Below, piece by piece: positions 41,964-52,636 of a stretch of 64,000 nt of DNA (its first letter is position 1; each line of letters opens with the position of its first letter). Below the pieces are notes generated by a model. It did not search any database, was not told the origin of the DNA, and saw only the letters and a program-made list of their open reading frames with translations. Position numbers and translations under genes: made by a program. Source of the DNA: Actinomycetota bacterium. GTDB lineage: Bacteria > Actinomycetota > Acidimicrobiia > Acidimicrobiales > SZUA-35. The stretch is taken from the NCBI GenBank assembly GCA_039195375.1, contig JBCCVL010000002.1:16078-80077 (forward strand), given 5' to 3'.

Positions 41964-43073
41964 ATGGTCTACGACACCGATACCGACGCCGGCGGCCTCG
42001 ACCACAAGGCTGGGATCCCGGGCGCCGATCCCGCGCCCCCCGCCCCGACCCTTCCGGCGGACGGTCGAGCCGTGGCGCCGCCCGGGCAGGAGGTGGCGAC
42101 CGTCATGGGCGTGTCGAAGCGGTTCGGCGACGTCCAGGCGCTCGATGGTCTCGACATCGGCATCAACCGCTCCCGGATAACCGTGCTGCTCGGTCCGAAC
42201 GGCGCAGGCAAGACGACGGCGATCCGGCTGATCACCGGCGCCTTCTCGCCAGACGAGGGTCGAGTCCGCGTGTTCGGGCTCGACCCGTCCGGCGACGGCG
42301 GTGAGGAGGTCAGGCGGCGCTGCGGCGTCGTGTCGGCCAAGCCATCGCTCTACGACCGGCTGAGCGGGATCGACAACCTGCGCTATGCCGCCGAGCTGTA
42401 CGGGCTCGGTCGTGGCAAGGCGGTCGACGAGCGAATCGACGAGGCCGCGGCCTGGTTCGGCATCGAGCCGGCCCTCGGGCAGCTCGTCGGCGGCTACTCG
42501 ACGGGCATGAAGACCCGCCTCGCACTGGCCAGGGCCATCCTGCACGATCCGGAACTGCTCCTGCTCGACGAGCCGACCTCCGGCCTCGACCCCGAGTCCG
42601 CCCGCTCGGTGCTGCGGCTCGTCCGGGAGATGACCGCCCGGGGGCGATCGGTCCTGCTCTGCACCCACCTGCTGGCCGAGGCCGAGGGCCTGGCCGACGA
42701 GATCGTCGTGGTCGACGGTGGTCGAACCGTGCTGCGGGGCGAGCCCCGTCGACTGGCCGGCCGCTACTGGCCCCTCCCCCAGGTGACGTTCCGCTCGTTC
42801 GACGACCGCGGGCTCGCCTACCTGAACCAGCACCCCCGGGTCATCGAGACCGTCCCCGTCGACGGCGGCGTCCGGGTCAGCCTCAGCGACGAGCCGGCGG
42901 TGGCCTCGGTCGCCCGTTGGCTGACGGAGCACGGCACCGACCTGCGGGCCATCGTGCCGTGGGAGCCGACGCTGGAAGACCTCTACTTCGCCATCCGGGC
43001 GGAGCACGACCTCGATCGACCGAACGACATCCTCGCCATGCCGCCGACCGGCGGGAAAGGAAACCGGCGATGA
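41964..43073 (+). CDS. ABC-2 type exporter ATP-binding protein (start uncertain)
   Basis: GPNGAGKTT, YSTGMK, LLLDEPTSGLD, THLL. Confidence 0.92.
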   Translation: MVYDTDTDAGGLDHKAGIPGADPAPPAPTLPADGRAVAPPGQEVATVMGVSKRFGDVQALDGLDIGINRSRITVLLGPNGAGKTTAIRLITGAFSPDEGRVRVFGLDPSGDGGEEVRRRCGVVSAKPSLYDRLSGIDNLRYAAELYGLGRGKAVDERIDEAAAWFGIEPALGQLVGGYSTGMKTRLALARAILHDPELLLLDEPTSGLDPESARSVLRLVREMTARGRSVLLCTHLLAEAEGLADEIVVVDGGRTVLRGEPRRLAGRYWPLPQVTFRSFDDRGLAYLNQHPRVIETVPVDGGVRVSLSDEPAVASVARWLTEHGTDLRAIVPWEPTLEDLYFAIRAEHDLDRPNDILAMPPTGGKGNRR

Positions 43074-43891
43074 ACTGGCAACGGGTCATGACGGTGGCCA
43101 AGACCGACCTCAAGCAGCTGGCCAGGGCCCGCGACTTCTGGGTGCCGATGGCGGCGCTCGGCTCGCTGTTCTTCATCATCCTGCCGGCCATCCTCCTGGG
43201 CACCCTGACCGGCATCGGCAGCGTCGAGACCGTCGAGCGGCTCTCCACCACCCTCGAGGCGCTCCCGGCCTCGGCCAAGCAGCAGATCCAGGGCGACACC
43301 CCCGAGGGGCGCAGCGCCTACGCCCTGGCCGTGTTCCTCGTCGCCCCGGTTGCCGTCATCGTGCCGCTGACGATCTCGACCGCCGTCGGCGCCGCCACCA
43401 TCGTCGGCGAGCGCGAGCGGGGCACCGGCGAGTTCCTGGCCCACTCCCCCGCCGCGACCCGCGAGATCTACCTCGGCAAGCTCATCGCCAGCATCACCCC
43501 CGGCTACCTCACGGTGGTCGTCGGCTTCACCTGCTACTCGCTGCTGGTCAACCTCACCGTCGGGCCGGAAGTCGGTGGCTGGTTCTTCCCGACGCGCCAG
43601 TGGTGGCTGATGATCGTCTGGGTCCTGCCGCCGTTCCTCGCCCTGTGCCTCTCGCTCGTGCTCCGACTGTCGGCCAGGGTCAACTCGACCGCCGCCGCCC
43701 AGCAGGCGTCTGGGCTCGTCAGCCTGCCGCTGATCATGATCGCCTACAGCCAGGCGACCGGCGTGTTGTTCGGGGCCGGCTGGTTGCCGATCGCCCTCGG
43801 CGCGATCGCCTGGACGCTGGCGCTGATCAGCCTCGTCCGGGGCTTCCGGTCGCTGCAGCGGTCGCGGCTGCTCGGGGTCGCCGGCGTGTGA
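43070..43891 (+). CDS. ABC-2 type permease
   Basis: About six TM segments, GERERGTGE..L..P...EIYLGK; ATGA coupling to the ATPase. Confidence 0.9.
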   Translation: MNWQRVMTVAKTDLKQLARARDFWVPMAALGSLFFIILPAILLGTLTGIGSVETVERLSTTLEALPASAKQQIQGDTPEGRSAYALAVFLVAPVAVIVPLTISTAVGAATIVGERERGTGEFLAHSPAATREIYLGKLIASITPGYLTVVVGFTCYSLLVNLTVGPEVGGWFFPTRQWWLMIVWVLPPFLALCLSLVLRLSARVNSTAAAQQASGLVSLPLIMIAYSQATGVLFGAGWLPIALGAIAWTLALISLVRGFRSLQRSRLLGVAGV

Positions 43892-43936
43892 GCGTCTTCT
43901 CGATCGACCCTGGCCGCCGTCTGGCGACGGGTCGGG

Positions 43937-44686
43937 TCACGAGTCGATCGACTCCATGACCTCGTCGGGGATGTCGATGTTGGAGTGGACGTCCTGGACG
44001 TCGTCGTGGTCGTCGAGCATCTCGACCAGGTTGAGCACCGACTTGACCTGACCGGTCTCGGCCAGCGGCACCGTGTTCGTCGGCAGCATCGTCGAGTCGG
44101 ATTCGGTGACCTCGATCCCGGCCTCCTCCAGCGCGGCCCGGAGGCTCAGGACGTCGCTCGGCTCGCAGGTCACCTGCCAGACCTCCTCGAGGTCCTCGAG
44201 GTCCTCGGCCCCGTTGTCGAGACCGACCATCATGACCTCGTCCTCGTCGGCCGCCCGGCTGACCTTGACCACGCCCTTGCGCTCGAACTGCCAGGCGACG
44301 GCCCCGGGTTCGGCCAGCGAGCCGCCGTTCTTGGTCAGGAGCGACCGCAGCTCGGAGCCGGTGCGGTTCCGGTTGTCGGTCAGCACGTCGATGAGCAGGG
44401 CGACCCCACCGGGGGCGTAGCCCTCGTAGGTGATCGGTTCGTAGTTGACGCCCTCGAGCTCACCGGTGCCCCGTTTGACCGCCCGCTCGATCGTGTCGAG
44501 GGGGACCGAGTTGTCGCGGGCCTTCTGGAACATGGTCCGCAGGGTCGGGTTCGAGTCGACGTCGCCGCCGCCGTTGCGGGCCGCCACCTCGACCTGCTTG
44601 ATCAGCTTGGCGAACAGCTTGCCCCGTTTGGCGTCGGCCGCGCCCTTCTTGTGCTTGATGGTCGCCCATTTGGAGTGGCCAGACAT
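43937..44686 (-). CDS. yebC: YebC/PmpR family protein
   Basis: MSGHSKWATIKHKK, YEGYAPGG, TDNRNRT, DDVQDV. Confidence 0.97.
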   Translation of the reverse strand: MSGHSKWATIKHKKGAADAKRGKLFAKLIKQVEVAARNGGGDVDSNPTLRTMFQKARDNSVPLDTIERAVKRGTGELEGVNYEPITYEGYAPGGVALLIDVLTDNRNRTGSELRSLLTKNGGSLAEPGAVAWQFERKGVVKVSRAADEDEVMMVGLDNGAEDLEDLEEVWQVTCEPSDVLSLRAALEEAGIEVTESDSTMLPTNTVPLAETGQVKSVLNLVEMLDDHDDVQDVHSNIDIPDEVMESIDS

Positions 44687-44933
44687 CGCAGCGCTCCCTT
44701 CGCTCACCGTGGCCCCGGGAACGGGCCGACTATCGAGGATAGAGGCCGCGGTCATCATCTCGGTCCGCAACCGGCGGCCGGGGCACGTATCTGCGGCCTC
44801 GCGGCGACTGCCGGGCCGGCCACCGCCATCGGACCGATCGATGATGCCGTCGTCTGGCGATCCTCGTCCGCGGCCAACCGCCGACACTGCCCCGCTGGAC
44901 CAGCGGTGCCGACGTCACTGCGCCAACCGCGCC

Positions 44934-45538
44934 TCAGGCGCAGACGAATTCGTCGAGGAAGAAGCGGTGGAGGCGGTCGTCGTCGATCAGCTCCGGATGG
45001 AACGACGACGTCAGGACCGGACCCGAGCGACACAACACGGGGACCTCGTCGTGGCGGGCCAGCACCTCGACGTCGGGGCCGGCCCGCTCGACCATCGGGG
45101 CCCGGATGAACACCGCCCGAAGCGGTGGCTCGCCGATCGCCGGAACGGCCAGGTCGGTCTCGAACGAGTCGACCTGTCGGCCGTAACCGTTGCGCCTCAC
45201 GTCGAGATCGATGGCCTCGAACGAGATCTGGTCGTCTCGGCCGTCGGTCACCTCCGTGGCCAGCAAGATCATCCCCGCACAGGTGCCGAACACCGGAAGC
45301 CCGTCGGCCAGCAGCTTGCGCAGCGGGTCGAGCAGCTCGAAGGTGGCCAGCAGCTTGAGCATCGTGGTCGACTCACCCCCTGGCAGCACGAGCGCCTCAC
45401 AGCGGTCGAGCTGATCCGGGGTGCGGACCTCGAAGGCCTCGGCCCCGCACCGGGCCAGGGCCTCGACGTGACGGGCGAAGGCCCCCTGGAGGGCCAGGAC
45501 CCCGACCCGACGGGCGGTCGGGTGGCCGGCCTGGTCGG

Positions 45539-45545
<7 letters not shown>
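44934..45545 (-). CDS. pdxT: PLP synthase glutaminase subunit
   Basis: GVLALQG, PGGEST, GTCAG, FIRAP, FHPEL. Confidence 0.97.
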
Positions 45546-46444
<899 letters not shown>

Positions 46445-46546
46445 GGCCACAGTGTATGGCCGGGGCCACGAGGCTCGTAACCGAATAGCGGACCGTGTCG
46501 GTGGTAGGACCGGATCGAGGTCAGGCAGGGGCCGGCCGGACCGGCG

Positions 46547-47779
46547 TCATGGCGTCGAGTCGGCCGTGTCGCCGGCCGACCCGTCGACCGTTCCCGAGGT
46601 GGCGGCGCTCCCTCCGACGGTCGCCGTCTCGGTCAGCTGCTGGCCCGGCGCGAACCGGACCTGGCCGGCCTCGGGCATCAGCACCCAGGTACGGCCGGCG
46701 GTGAGGGCGATCGGGTCGCCGTCGACGTCGGTCAGCGTCGGAGTGTCCTCGGCCGTCGGCCGCTCCCACGTCCCGAGGATGACGTGCCCGTCGGTCAACA
46801 CGACGAGGTCACCGCTGCCGGTCGATCGGACCTCCGGTGAGATCGGGTCGGCCGGGCTGGTGCCGTAGTCGGTGACGAAGATCACGACGTTCTCGGGGGC
46901 CAGCTGGTCGCCGGCGACGGTCAGGTGGGGGGCGCCGTCCTGGGTCCTCCGCCAGCCGCCGATGGCGGCGTCCCACTCGTGGGTGACCAGCGGGCTGCCG
47001 GTGAAGGCGATCGAGACCGGTCCGGCGGCGGTCGTCGCCGCCGGTGGCACCGTCTCGCCCGGCCGCCGGTAGGCGAACCACGGCTCCGGCACCGGCAGGT
47101 CGGCCGGAGCCAGGGCATAGAGGTCGCCGCCACTGACGTACAGGTTGTGGGGGGCTGGCCGGTCGAAGTCGCGGAAGTACTCGCTCCGGGTGCGATTGGT
47201 CAGCTCGACGATCGGGAGCTCCCGGAGACCGGCGGCGACGTGGTCGTTGGCCCCCGACGAGGCATAGAGGGGGTTGTCGAGGCCCCGGAGCAGGTCGAAG
47301 TCCGACGTCCGGCTCGAACGGACCGGTCCGACGGGCTCCGGCACGATCGACTGGAAGACGGCGGCGAAGCGGGTGATGCCCTCGGCCCGGAGGTCGAACA
47401 CGATGTCGGCCTGATCGAGGCCGGTCTGGGGACGGGCCCGTGGATGATTGTCGACCTTGACGACGAGCGCCGGGCGCTCGGCCGAGGCCCGGTCGGTCGG
47501 GAGGCCCGTGAACGGCGACACGGGACCGACGACGGCCGGCGGCTCGTCACCGTCTTCTGGTTCCGCCACATCCTCGTCGTCGGTCAGCGCGAGCTCGTCC
47601 GGTTCCTGCCCGTCGTCGGCCGGTTCGACCGGATCGACCGGGAGGGAGGCGAGGCCGTCATCGACCGTCGTCTCGACGGCGTCCTCGGACTCGGCGTTGC
47701 CGGTGAAGCGCCAGGCAACGACAATCAGCGAGAGGGCGAGGAGGACTGCGAGCCAGTGGCGGGCTCGCAGCCGTCCCAA
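46547..47779 (-). CDS. DUF3048 family membrane-anchored protein
   Basis: SPFTG, VKVDNH..ARPQTGL..AD, GPVRSSR, RPAPHNLY; TTG 47779 just after the upstream stop, then a TM segment. Confidence 0.87.
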   Translation of the reverse strand: MGRLRARHWLAVLLALSLIVVAWRFTGNAESEDAVETTVDDGLASLPVDPVEPADDGQEPDELALTDDEDVAEPEDGDEPPAVVGPVSPFTGLPTDRASAERPALVVKVDNHPRARPQTGLDQADIVFDLRAEGITRFAAVFQSIVPEPVGPVRSSRTSDFDLLRGLDNPLYASSGANDHVAAGLRELPIVELTNRTRSEYFRDFDRPAPHNLYVSGGDLYALAPADLPVPEPWFAYRRPGETVPPAATTAAGPVSIAFTGSPLVTHEWDAAIGGWRRTQDGAPHLTVAGDQLAPENVVIFVTDYGTSPADPISPEVRSTGSGDLVVLTDGHVILGTWERPTAEDTPTLTDVDGDPIALTAGRTWVLMPEAGQVRFAPGQQLTETATVGGSAATSGTVDGSAGDTADSTP

Positions 47780-47780
47780 T

Positions 47781-48644
47781 TCAGAGTTCCGCCAGTGCGT
47801 CGATCCGCAGGCCGAGCGGGGCCCGACGATCGTCGCCGTTCGAGGTTGCGCCGGCCTGGGGATCGGCCAACCACAGGTGGGCGGTACCGGCGGTGCCGGC
47901 CGCAGGGGCGAGGTCACGGCCCTGCAGGCGCCCGAGGGCCTTGATGAGCCCGGGCGGGTAGCGGGTGAGCCCAACCGCCTGACGGTCCGCCTCCAGGTCT
48001 CGATCGGGCGGGAGCAACCGGGCGATCGTGCGGTGGCCAACGGGGCCGAGGAGCGACCCGAGCGGCCCGTCGATCAGCGGACGGCCGAGGAGCGACGCAC
48101 CGATGGTGGCCGTCTCGGCGTCGCCGTTGCGGAGGCGGGTCAGCAGCTCGGCGACGGCGGCTTCGAGCTCGACGACGTCGAGGGCGTCGACCAGTCCCGT
48201 GGTGAACAGCAGGTGGTTCCGGTCCTTGCGACGGATGGCCATGGCGTTGGCGGCCGGATCGTCGACCACGAGCACCGACGGCGTGATCACCCCGCCGGCC
48301 AGCGTCAGGCCGTCGACCATGTTGGTGAGGCGGATCGGGTGCCTGGACTCGGGGACGACGGGCCCGAGCGAGCGGAGCACGAACTGGTCGGCCCGATCGG
48401 CCAGCCACCAGACGGCGCCGACGGCGGCGAGCAGCCCGAGCAGGACGCCGAACCACCACGGGATCCCGGGAAGCAGCACCCCGAAGACGAGCCCGACGAG
48501 CACGACCGGGACGGCGATCACGAGGAACGAGGGCACCAGGGCCGGCGCCAGCTCCGACGGGCCGGGGCTGACGGCGGCACCGGACCACAGGCCGTCACGG
48601 CCGTCACGGCCGTCGCTCGACTCGGTCTGGTCGCCAGAGGACAC
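47781..48644 (-). CDS. HtpX/M48-like membrane protein lacking HExxH
   Basis: Two TM segments, ANAMA, FTTGLV..L..ELEAAVA, RNGD, EAD..AV.LTRYP.GL..AL, RIDAL.EL; start moved to GTG 48644. Confidence 0.82.
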   Translation of the reverse strand: MSSGDQTESSDGRDGRDGLWSGAAVSPGPSELAPALVPSFLVIAVPVVLVGLVFGVLLPGIPWWFGVLLGLLAAVGAVWWLADRADQFVLRSLGPVVPESRHPIRLTNMVDGLTLAGGVITPSVLVVDDPAANAMAIRRKDRNHLLFTTGLVDALDVVELEAAVAELLTRLRNGDAETATIGASLLGRPLIDGPLGSLLGPVGHRTIARLLPPDRDLEADRQAVGLTRYPPGLIKALGRLQGRDLAPAAGTAGTAHLWLADPQAGATSNGDDRRAPLGLRIDALAEL

Positions 48645-48706
48645 AGCGGTCCAGCATACTCTCGCCCGAGCCGAGCGCGACGGAAGGCCGGGCTCCGGTC
48701 CGGCGC

Positions 48707-49777
48707 TCAACCGGCGAGGCGTTGATAGTGGCTGATGTACGCCTCGGCGAGGGCCGACATCGAGAACTCCTCGGCCCGGTCCCGCCCGCAACGGACCCGT
48801 TGCTCGACTCCGGGACCTCGCTCGAGGGCCTCGAGCAGGCTCTTGGCCAGCACCTCGGCGTCGCCTGGCGCCACGAGCGCCGCCGCCCGACCGTCGCTCG
48901 CCACCACCCGGTAGGCGGGCAGGTCGCTGGCAACGACCGGCGTCCCGGCGGCCATGCCCTCGAGCAGGACGACGCCGAAGCTCTCGCCGCCGAGCGACGG
49001 GACGCAGAAGGCATCGGCGCCACGCAGCCGGGCCAGTTTCTCCTCCTCCGACAGCGGTCCGAGCCACTCGAACCGGTCGTCGTCGGCGGTGGCCGCCTGC
49101 AGCTCGGCCGTCTGCGGCCCCTGGCCACCGATCCAGAAGCGGACGTCGGGCGGCAGGAGGCGGGCCGCCTCGACCAGGACCGCCAGGCCCTTGCGGGGCT
49201 CGTGGCGACCGAGGAACAGCACCTTCGGTCCGTCACCGGGGGCCGGTTCGGCAGCGGCGAAACGGTCGGTCTCGATCCCGTTGAACAGGATGTCGTAGGT
49301 GCCATCGAGGTACCGGCGGGCCATCCCCGCAGCCGCCGGCGACACGGCGACCCTGGTGTCGAGCCTGGCAGCCAGGCGGCGGACCCCGAACCGGGCCCAG
49401 CGGTAGACGGCGATGTCGCCGCTGGCGTGGAAGGTGCCGATCAGCGGCACCGGCTTGACCAGCACGGCGGTGAGGGTCGGCCCAGGGGCCAGCGGCTCGT
49501 GCAGGTGAAGGGCATCGAACCGCTCGTCCCAGATTGCGCCGAGGACCCGGAGCTGGGCCGGTGGATCGGGGGCGAGCGGGGCGAACGACCCGTTCTGGGC
49601 GTAGGGGATCGAGTCGCCGAGGGGCGTCACCCACGGCTCGGGCGGGGGGCCGTCACAGGGGGCGAGCACCTGGGTGTCGACGCCCTTGGCCCGCAGGCTG
49701 CGGGCCAGGCCGAGCACCTGCAGTTGGACCCCGCCCCAGACCGCCAAGCTGTAGGGACAGATCATCCCGATGCGCAC
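48707..49777 (-). CDS. pimA: GT4 glycosyltransferase, phosphatidylinositol mannosyltransferase PimA-like
   Basis: RIGMICPYS...GGVQ, HLHEP, EPRKG, ESFGVVLLEGMA; pgsA-acyltransferase-pimA order. Confidence 0.9.
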   Translation of the reverse strand: MRIGMICPYSLAVWGGVQLQVLGLARSLRAKGVDTQVLAPCDGPPPEPWVTPLGDSIPYAQNGSFAPLAPDPPAQLRVLGAIWDERFDALHLHEPLAPGPTLTAVLVKPVPLIGTFHASGDIAVYRWARFGVRRLAARLDTRVAVSPAAAGMARRYLDGTYDILFNGIETDRFAAAEPAPGDGPKVLFLGRHEPRKGLAVLVEAARLLPPDVRFWIGGQGPQTAELQAATADDDRFEWLGPLSEEEKLARLRGADAFCVPSLGGESFGVVLLEGMAAGTPVVASDLPAYRVVASDGRAAALVAPGDAEVLAKSLLEALERGPGVEQRVRCGRDRAEEFSMSALAEAYISHYQRLAG

Positions 49778-49828
49778 GGCCCCACGGTACACGGAGGTGT
49801 TGCGACACCGAGTGGCGGGCCGATGGCC

Positions 49829-50722
49829 TCAGGACGGGTCGGTCTCGGGGCCGTCGCCCGCTTCGGCCCGGTCGGCGGGCCAATTCGGTTCGAGCAGGTG
49901 CCACTGCTCGGGGGCGGCCGAGACGAGGTGCTCGAGCCGATCGGTGACCGCCCTGGTCAGCCGTTCGTTCTCGGTCCGACCCCGCCCCTCCCCCGGCTCG
50001 ATCGGCGCCGTGACCACACCGGAACGCTGCCGGCCCCGGAAGTACACCGCCGTCGGCAGGAGCGGGCAGCCGGTGCGCCTGGCCAGCAGGGCCGGCCCGA
50101 CCGGGAGGCTCGTCGTCTCGCCGAAGAACTCGACGTCGGTGCCGTTGCCGCCGATGTCGCGGTCGGCGAGCAGGCAGATGACGTCCTGGCGCTTGGCCGC
50201 GGCCCCCAGCTCGACCATCGCCCGTGGACCGAGGGGCACGACGTTGACCCCGTAGGCGCTGCGGAGCCCGACGAACCAGTCGTAGACCTCCTCGGGCTCG
50301 AGCCGCTCGACCACGGCGGTCACCCCGACCCCCATCACCCTGGCCAACCAGGCCGCCGCCCACTCCCAGCCCCCGAGATGGGGCAGGACGAGGATCGGGG
50401 CCCGGCCCGAGGCCAGGACCCTGGCGACGTGGCCGTACCCCTCCACGGAGAAGCCTCGGTCGATCCGGCGGGCGCCGAGGCCAGGGATGCGGAAGGACTC
50501 GACCCAGTACCGGCCGTACGACCCGAAGCCCCGCCTGGTCAGTTCGTCGACGGGACCGTTTGGTCGGACGCGGGCGAGGTTGCGGTTCAGCTGGTCGGCC
50601 TTGTCCGGCATGAGCGCCGGGCCGACCGCGGTGCCGGCCCGGTCGGCCAGCGCGGCCAGCGTGTCGAGCGGCAGGGCCCGGGACGCGGCGGCACCGAGCC
50701 GCAGGGTGGTCAGCGCACGCAC
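49829..50722 (-). CDS. Phosphatidylinositol mannoside acyltransferase (PatA-like)
   Basis: SYGRYWVESFR, HLGGWE, LLADRD, PEQWH; position in the cluster. Confidence 0.9.
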   Translation of the reverse strand: MRALTTLRLGAAASRALPLDTLAALADRAGTAVGPALMPDKADQLNRNLARVRPNGPVDELTRRGFGSYGRYWVESFRIPGLGARRIDRGFSVEGYGHVARVLASGRAPILVLPHLGGWEWAAAWLARVMGVGVTAVVERLEPEEVYDWFVGLRSAYGVNVVPLGPRAMVELGAAAKRQDVICLLADRDIGGNGTDVEFFGETTSLPVGPALLARRTGCPLLPTAVYFRGRQRSGVVTAPIEPGEGRGRTENERLTRAVTDRLEHLVSAAPEQWHLLEPNWPADRAEAGDGPETDPS

Positions 50723-50764
50723 GAGCGGATCAGCCGGGTTGGTAGGGCCGGACGGTCGGCGGCG

Positions 50765-51466
50765 TCAGGTCCGGTTGCGACGACGGGCCTCGGCCCTGGC
50801 CCTGGCCCTGGCCCGGATGTCGGACACCGGACGCGTCTTGCGCCGACGGTTGCGGCGGACGACCGGGCGGGTCTGCACCGGGGGCAGACCGCTCGCCTGG
50901 CGCCACACCTTCACGAAGCGGGTGATGGCGGTGAACACCGTCAGCGCCAGCATGACCCACAGGGTGGCAACGAACAGGCTGGAGAACAGCAGACCGAACC
51001 CGAGGGCGATGAACCGCTCGGCCCGCTCCATCAGGCCACCCTTGGCCTCGAAGCCGAGGCTCTCGGCCTTGGCCCGCTGGTACGACACCAACGAGGCGGC
51101 GATGTAGAGGGCGAACGGCAGCATGGCCATCCGGGGATTGTCTGAACCGGCCAGGTTCCAGCCGGCACCGGCGAAGAGGAGCCCGTCGCTCAGCCGATCG
51201 GAGACGGAGTCGAAGTAGGCGCCCCGCGGTCCGGCCGAGCCGGCGGCCTTGGCCACCGCCCCGTCGAGGGCATCGGGAAGGCCGGTGAGGGCGAGGAGCA
51301 GGACGGCGAGCGGGTACTGCTCGAGGGCGATGGCCACGCCACAGGCGCCGGCCATGAGCACCCCGACGGCCGTGATCACATCGGGGGAGACCCCGGCCCG
51401 CTGCAGGTTGCGACCCATCGGGGCCACCACCCGGTCGAAGCCGGTGCGGAGATTGCCGTCGAACAT
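50765..51466 (-). CDS. pgsA: Phosphatidylinositol phosphate synthase (CDP-alcohol phosphatidyltransferase)
   Basis: DALDGAVA...GAYFDSVSDR signature; SYQRAKAESLG, MERAER. Confidence 0.92.
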   Translation of the reverse strand: MFDGNLRTGFDRVVAPMGRNLQRAGVSPDVITAVGVLMAGACGVAIALEQYPLAVLLLALTGLPDALDGAVAKAAGSAGPRGAYFDSVSDRLSDGLLFAGAGWNLAGSDNPRMAMLPFALYIAASLVSYQRAKAESLGFEAKGGLMERAERFIALGFGLLFSSLFVATLWVMLALTVFTAITRFVKVWRQASGLPPVQTRPVVRRNRRRKTRPVSDIRARARARAEARRRNRT

Positions 51467-51501
51467 CTGCGTGCGACCTTTCGCTGCCGTGCCGGACCAG
51501 C

Positions 51502-52038
51502 CTACCGCTCGGGCGGTTCGCGGTCCGGTTGACCCCCCGGCGGATCGAGATCGACCGCATCGCCGATGGCGATCGTGCCCGATCCGAGCAGCCGGCAGAC
51601 GGTGCCGGCCCGTCGCCGGAGCGCCGTTCGGGCGCCGTTGCCGATGCCGTCGTCGAGCAGCTTGCACGGCGCAGCGATGCGGACGACCTCGACCTCGACC
51701 GGACCGACCAGGAAACGACGGCCGATCTCGGTCGGGACCTCGGATCCCGAGATCGTGATGTTGCGCCTGGTCGCCCCGCTGTCGATTGGGCGACCGAGGT
51801 CGGCTGCGGCGGCGGCCAGGGCACCGACAGCCTGGACGGTCACATGGCGGTGACGGGATCCGTGGTAACGATCGCCGACCAGCCCGACGCCGGCCTCGGC
51901 CTCGACGGACTCCCGCCGTTGCATCGGCAGTCGGCTCGCCGGGGCGATGTGGAGGTCGACGACAACGGGGTGGTCGTCGACAACGGGGAGGTCGTCGGCG
52001 GCGTCATCGCCGCCCCGACCGTCGGAGCCAGCACCCAC
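51502..52038 (-). CDS. MOSC domain protein
   Basis: GLVGDRY, RRNI, PC (APCK), I.IGD.V. Confidence 0.85.
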   Translation of the reverse strand: MGAGSDGRGGDDAADDLPVVDDHPVVVDLHIAPASRLPMQRRESVEAEAGVGLVGDRYHGSRHRHVTVQAVGALAAAAADLGRPIDSGATRRNITISGSEVPTEIGRRFLVGPVEVEVVRIAAPCKLLDDGIGNGARTALRRRAGTVCRLLGSGTIAIGDAVDLDPPGGQPDREPPER

Positions 52039-52041
52039 CGG

Positions 52042-52635
52042 CTAGTCCTCGAGCTCCGACCAGTCCTCGGGGTTGTCCTCGACGAACGAGTCGATGATGG
52101 CGCCGTCGACCCCGTCGACGAGCACGAAACCACGCTTGGTCGGCGGCTCGTCGGCCGAGTACAGCAGCACGCGCCAGGTCGGGCGGCTCAGCAGGCCACG
52201 CCAGCCCATCTGGGCCGACGCGTGGCCGACCGGGAAGCCGACCTCGCCGACGGCGGCGACCAGGGCGTCTCGCTCATCGACGGCGAGGTTCCAGCCACTC
52301 AGGATGCTGTAGGCCCCGACGGCGACCAGGATCCCGGCGGCGAGGAGGAGCCCCCGGTTCACGAAGGGTCCATCGCCGGTGGCGAGGTACAGCACCACCA
52401 GCACGGCGGCGATGGCGAGGTACAGGTACCCCGGGACCCGTCGACGGTTGTTGTTGGGAAAGACGTAGTCCTCCGGGTCGACCAGGTCGGGCTGCAGGTC
52501 GGCCGGGAGCTCGTCACCGACGGGGCCGGCCGGCTCGGCGGTCGACGGTGCCGCTGCACCGCGCGCGTCGTCAACGTCGTCCGGCTCGACGAGGTCGTCG
52601 AGCTCCTCGGCCAGGTCGTCGGCTCGGTCGGTCAC
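52042..52635 (-). CDS. Hypothetical membrane protein (2 TM)
   Basis: Acidic N-terminus, two hydrophobic helices, a globular C-terminal part; TAGAGT 6 nt before the GTG. Confidence 0.8.
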   Translation of the reverse strand: MTDRADDLAEELDDLVEPDDVDDARGAAAPSTAEPAGPVGDELPADLQPDLVDPEDYVFPNNNRRRVPGYLYLAIAAVLVVLYLATGDGPFVNRGLLLAAGILVAVGAYSILSGWNLAVDERDALVAAVGEVGFPVGHASAQMGWRGLLSRPTWRVLLYSADEPPTKRGFVLVDGVDGAIIDSFVEDNPEDWSELED

Positions 52636-52636
52636 G

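Noticed and set aside
44687-44933. Possible ncRNA in the ~250-bp pdxT-yebC gap (also 37128-37343 and 33693-33848)
   Set aside because: No tRNA, riboswitch or T-box motif recognised; candidate -10 elements and leaders explain part of each gap. A covariance-model scan would be needed to exclude RNAs fully.
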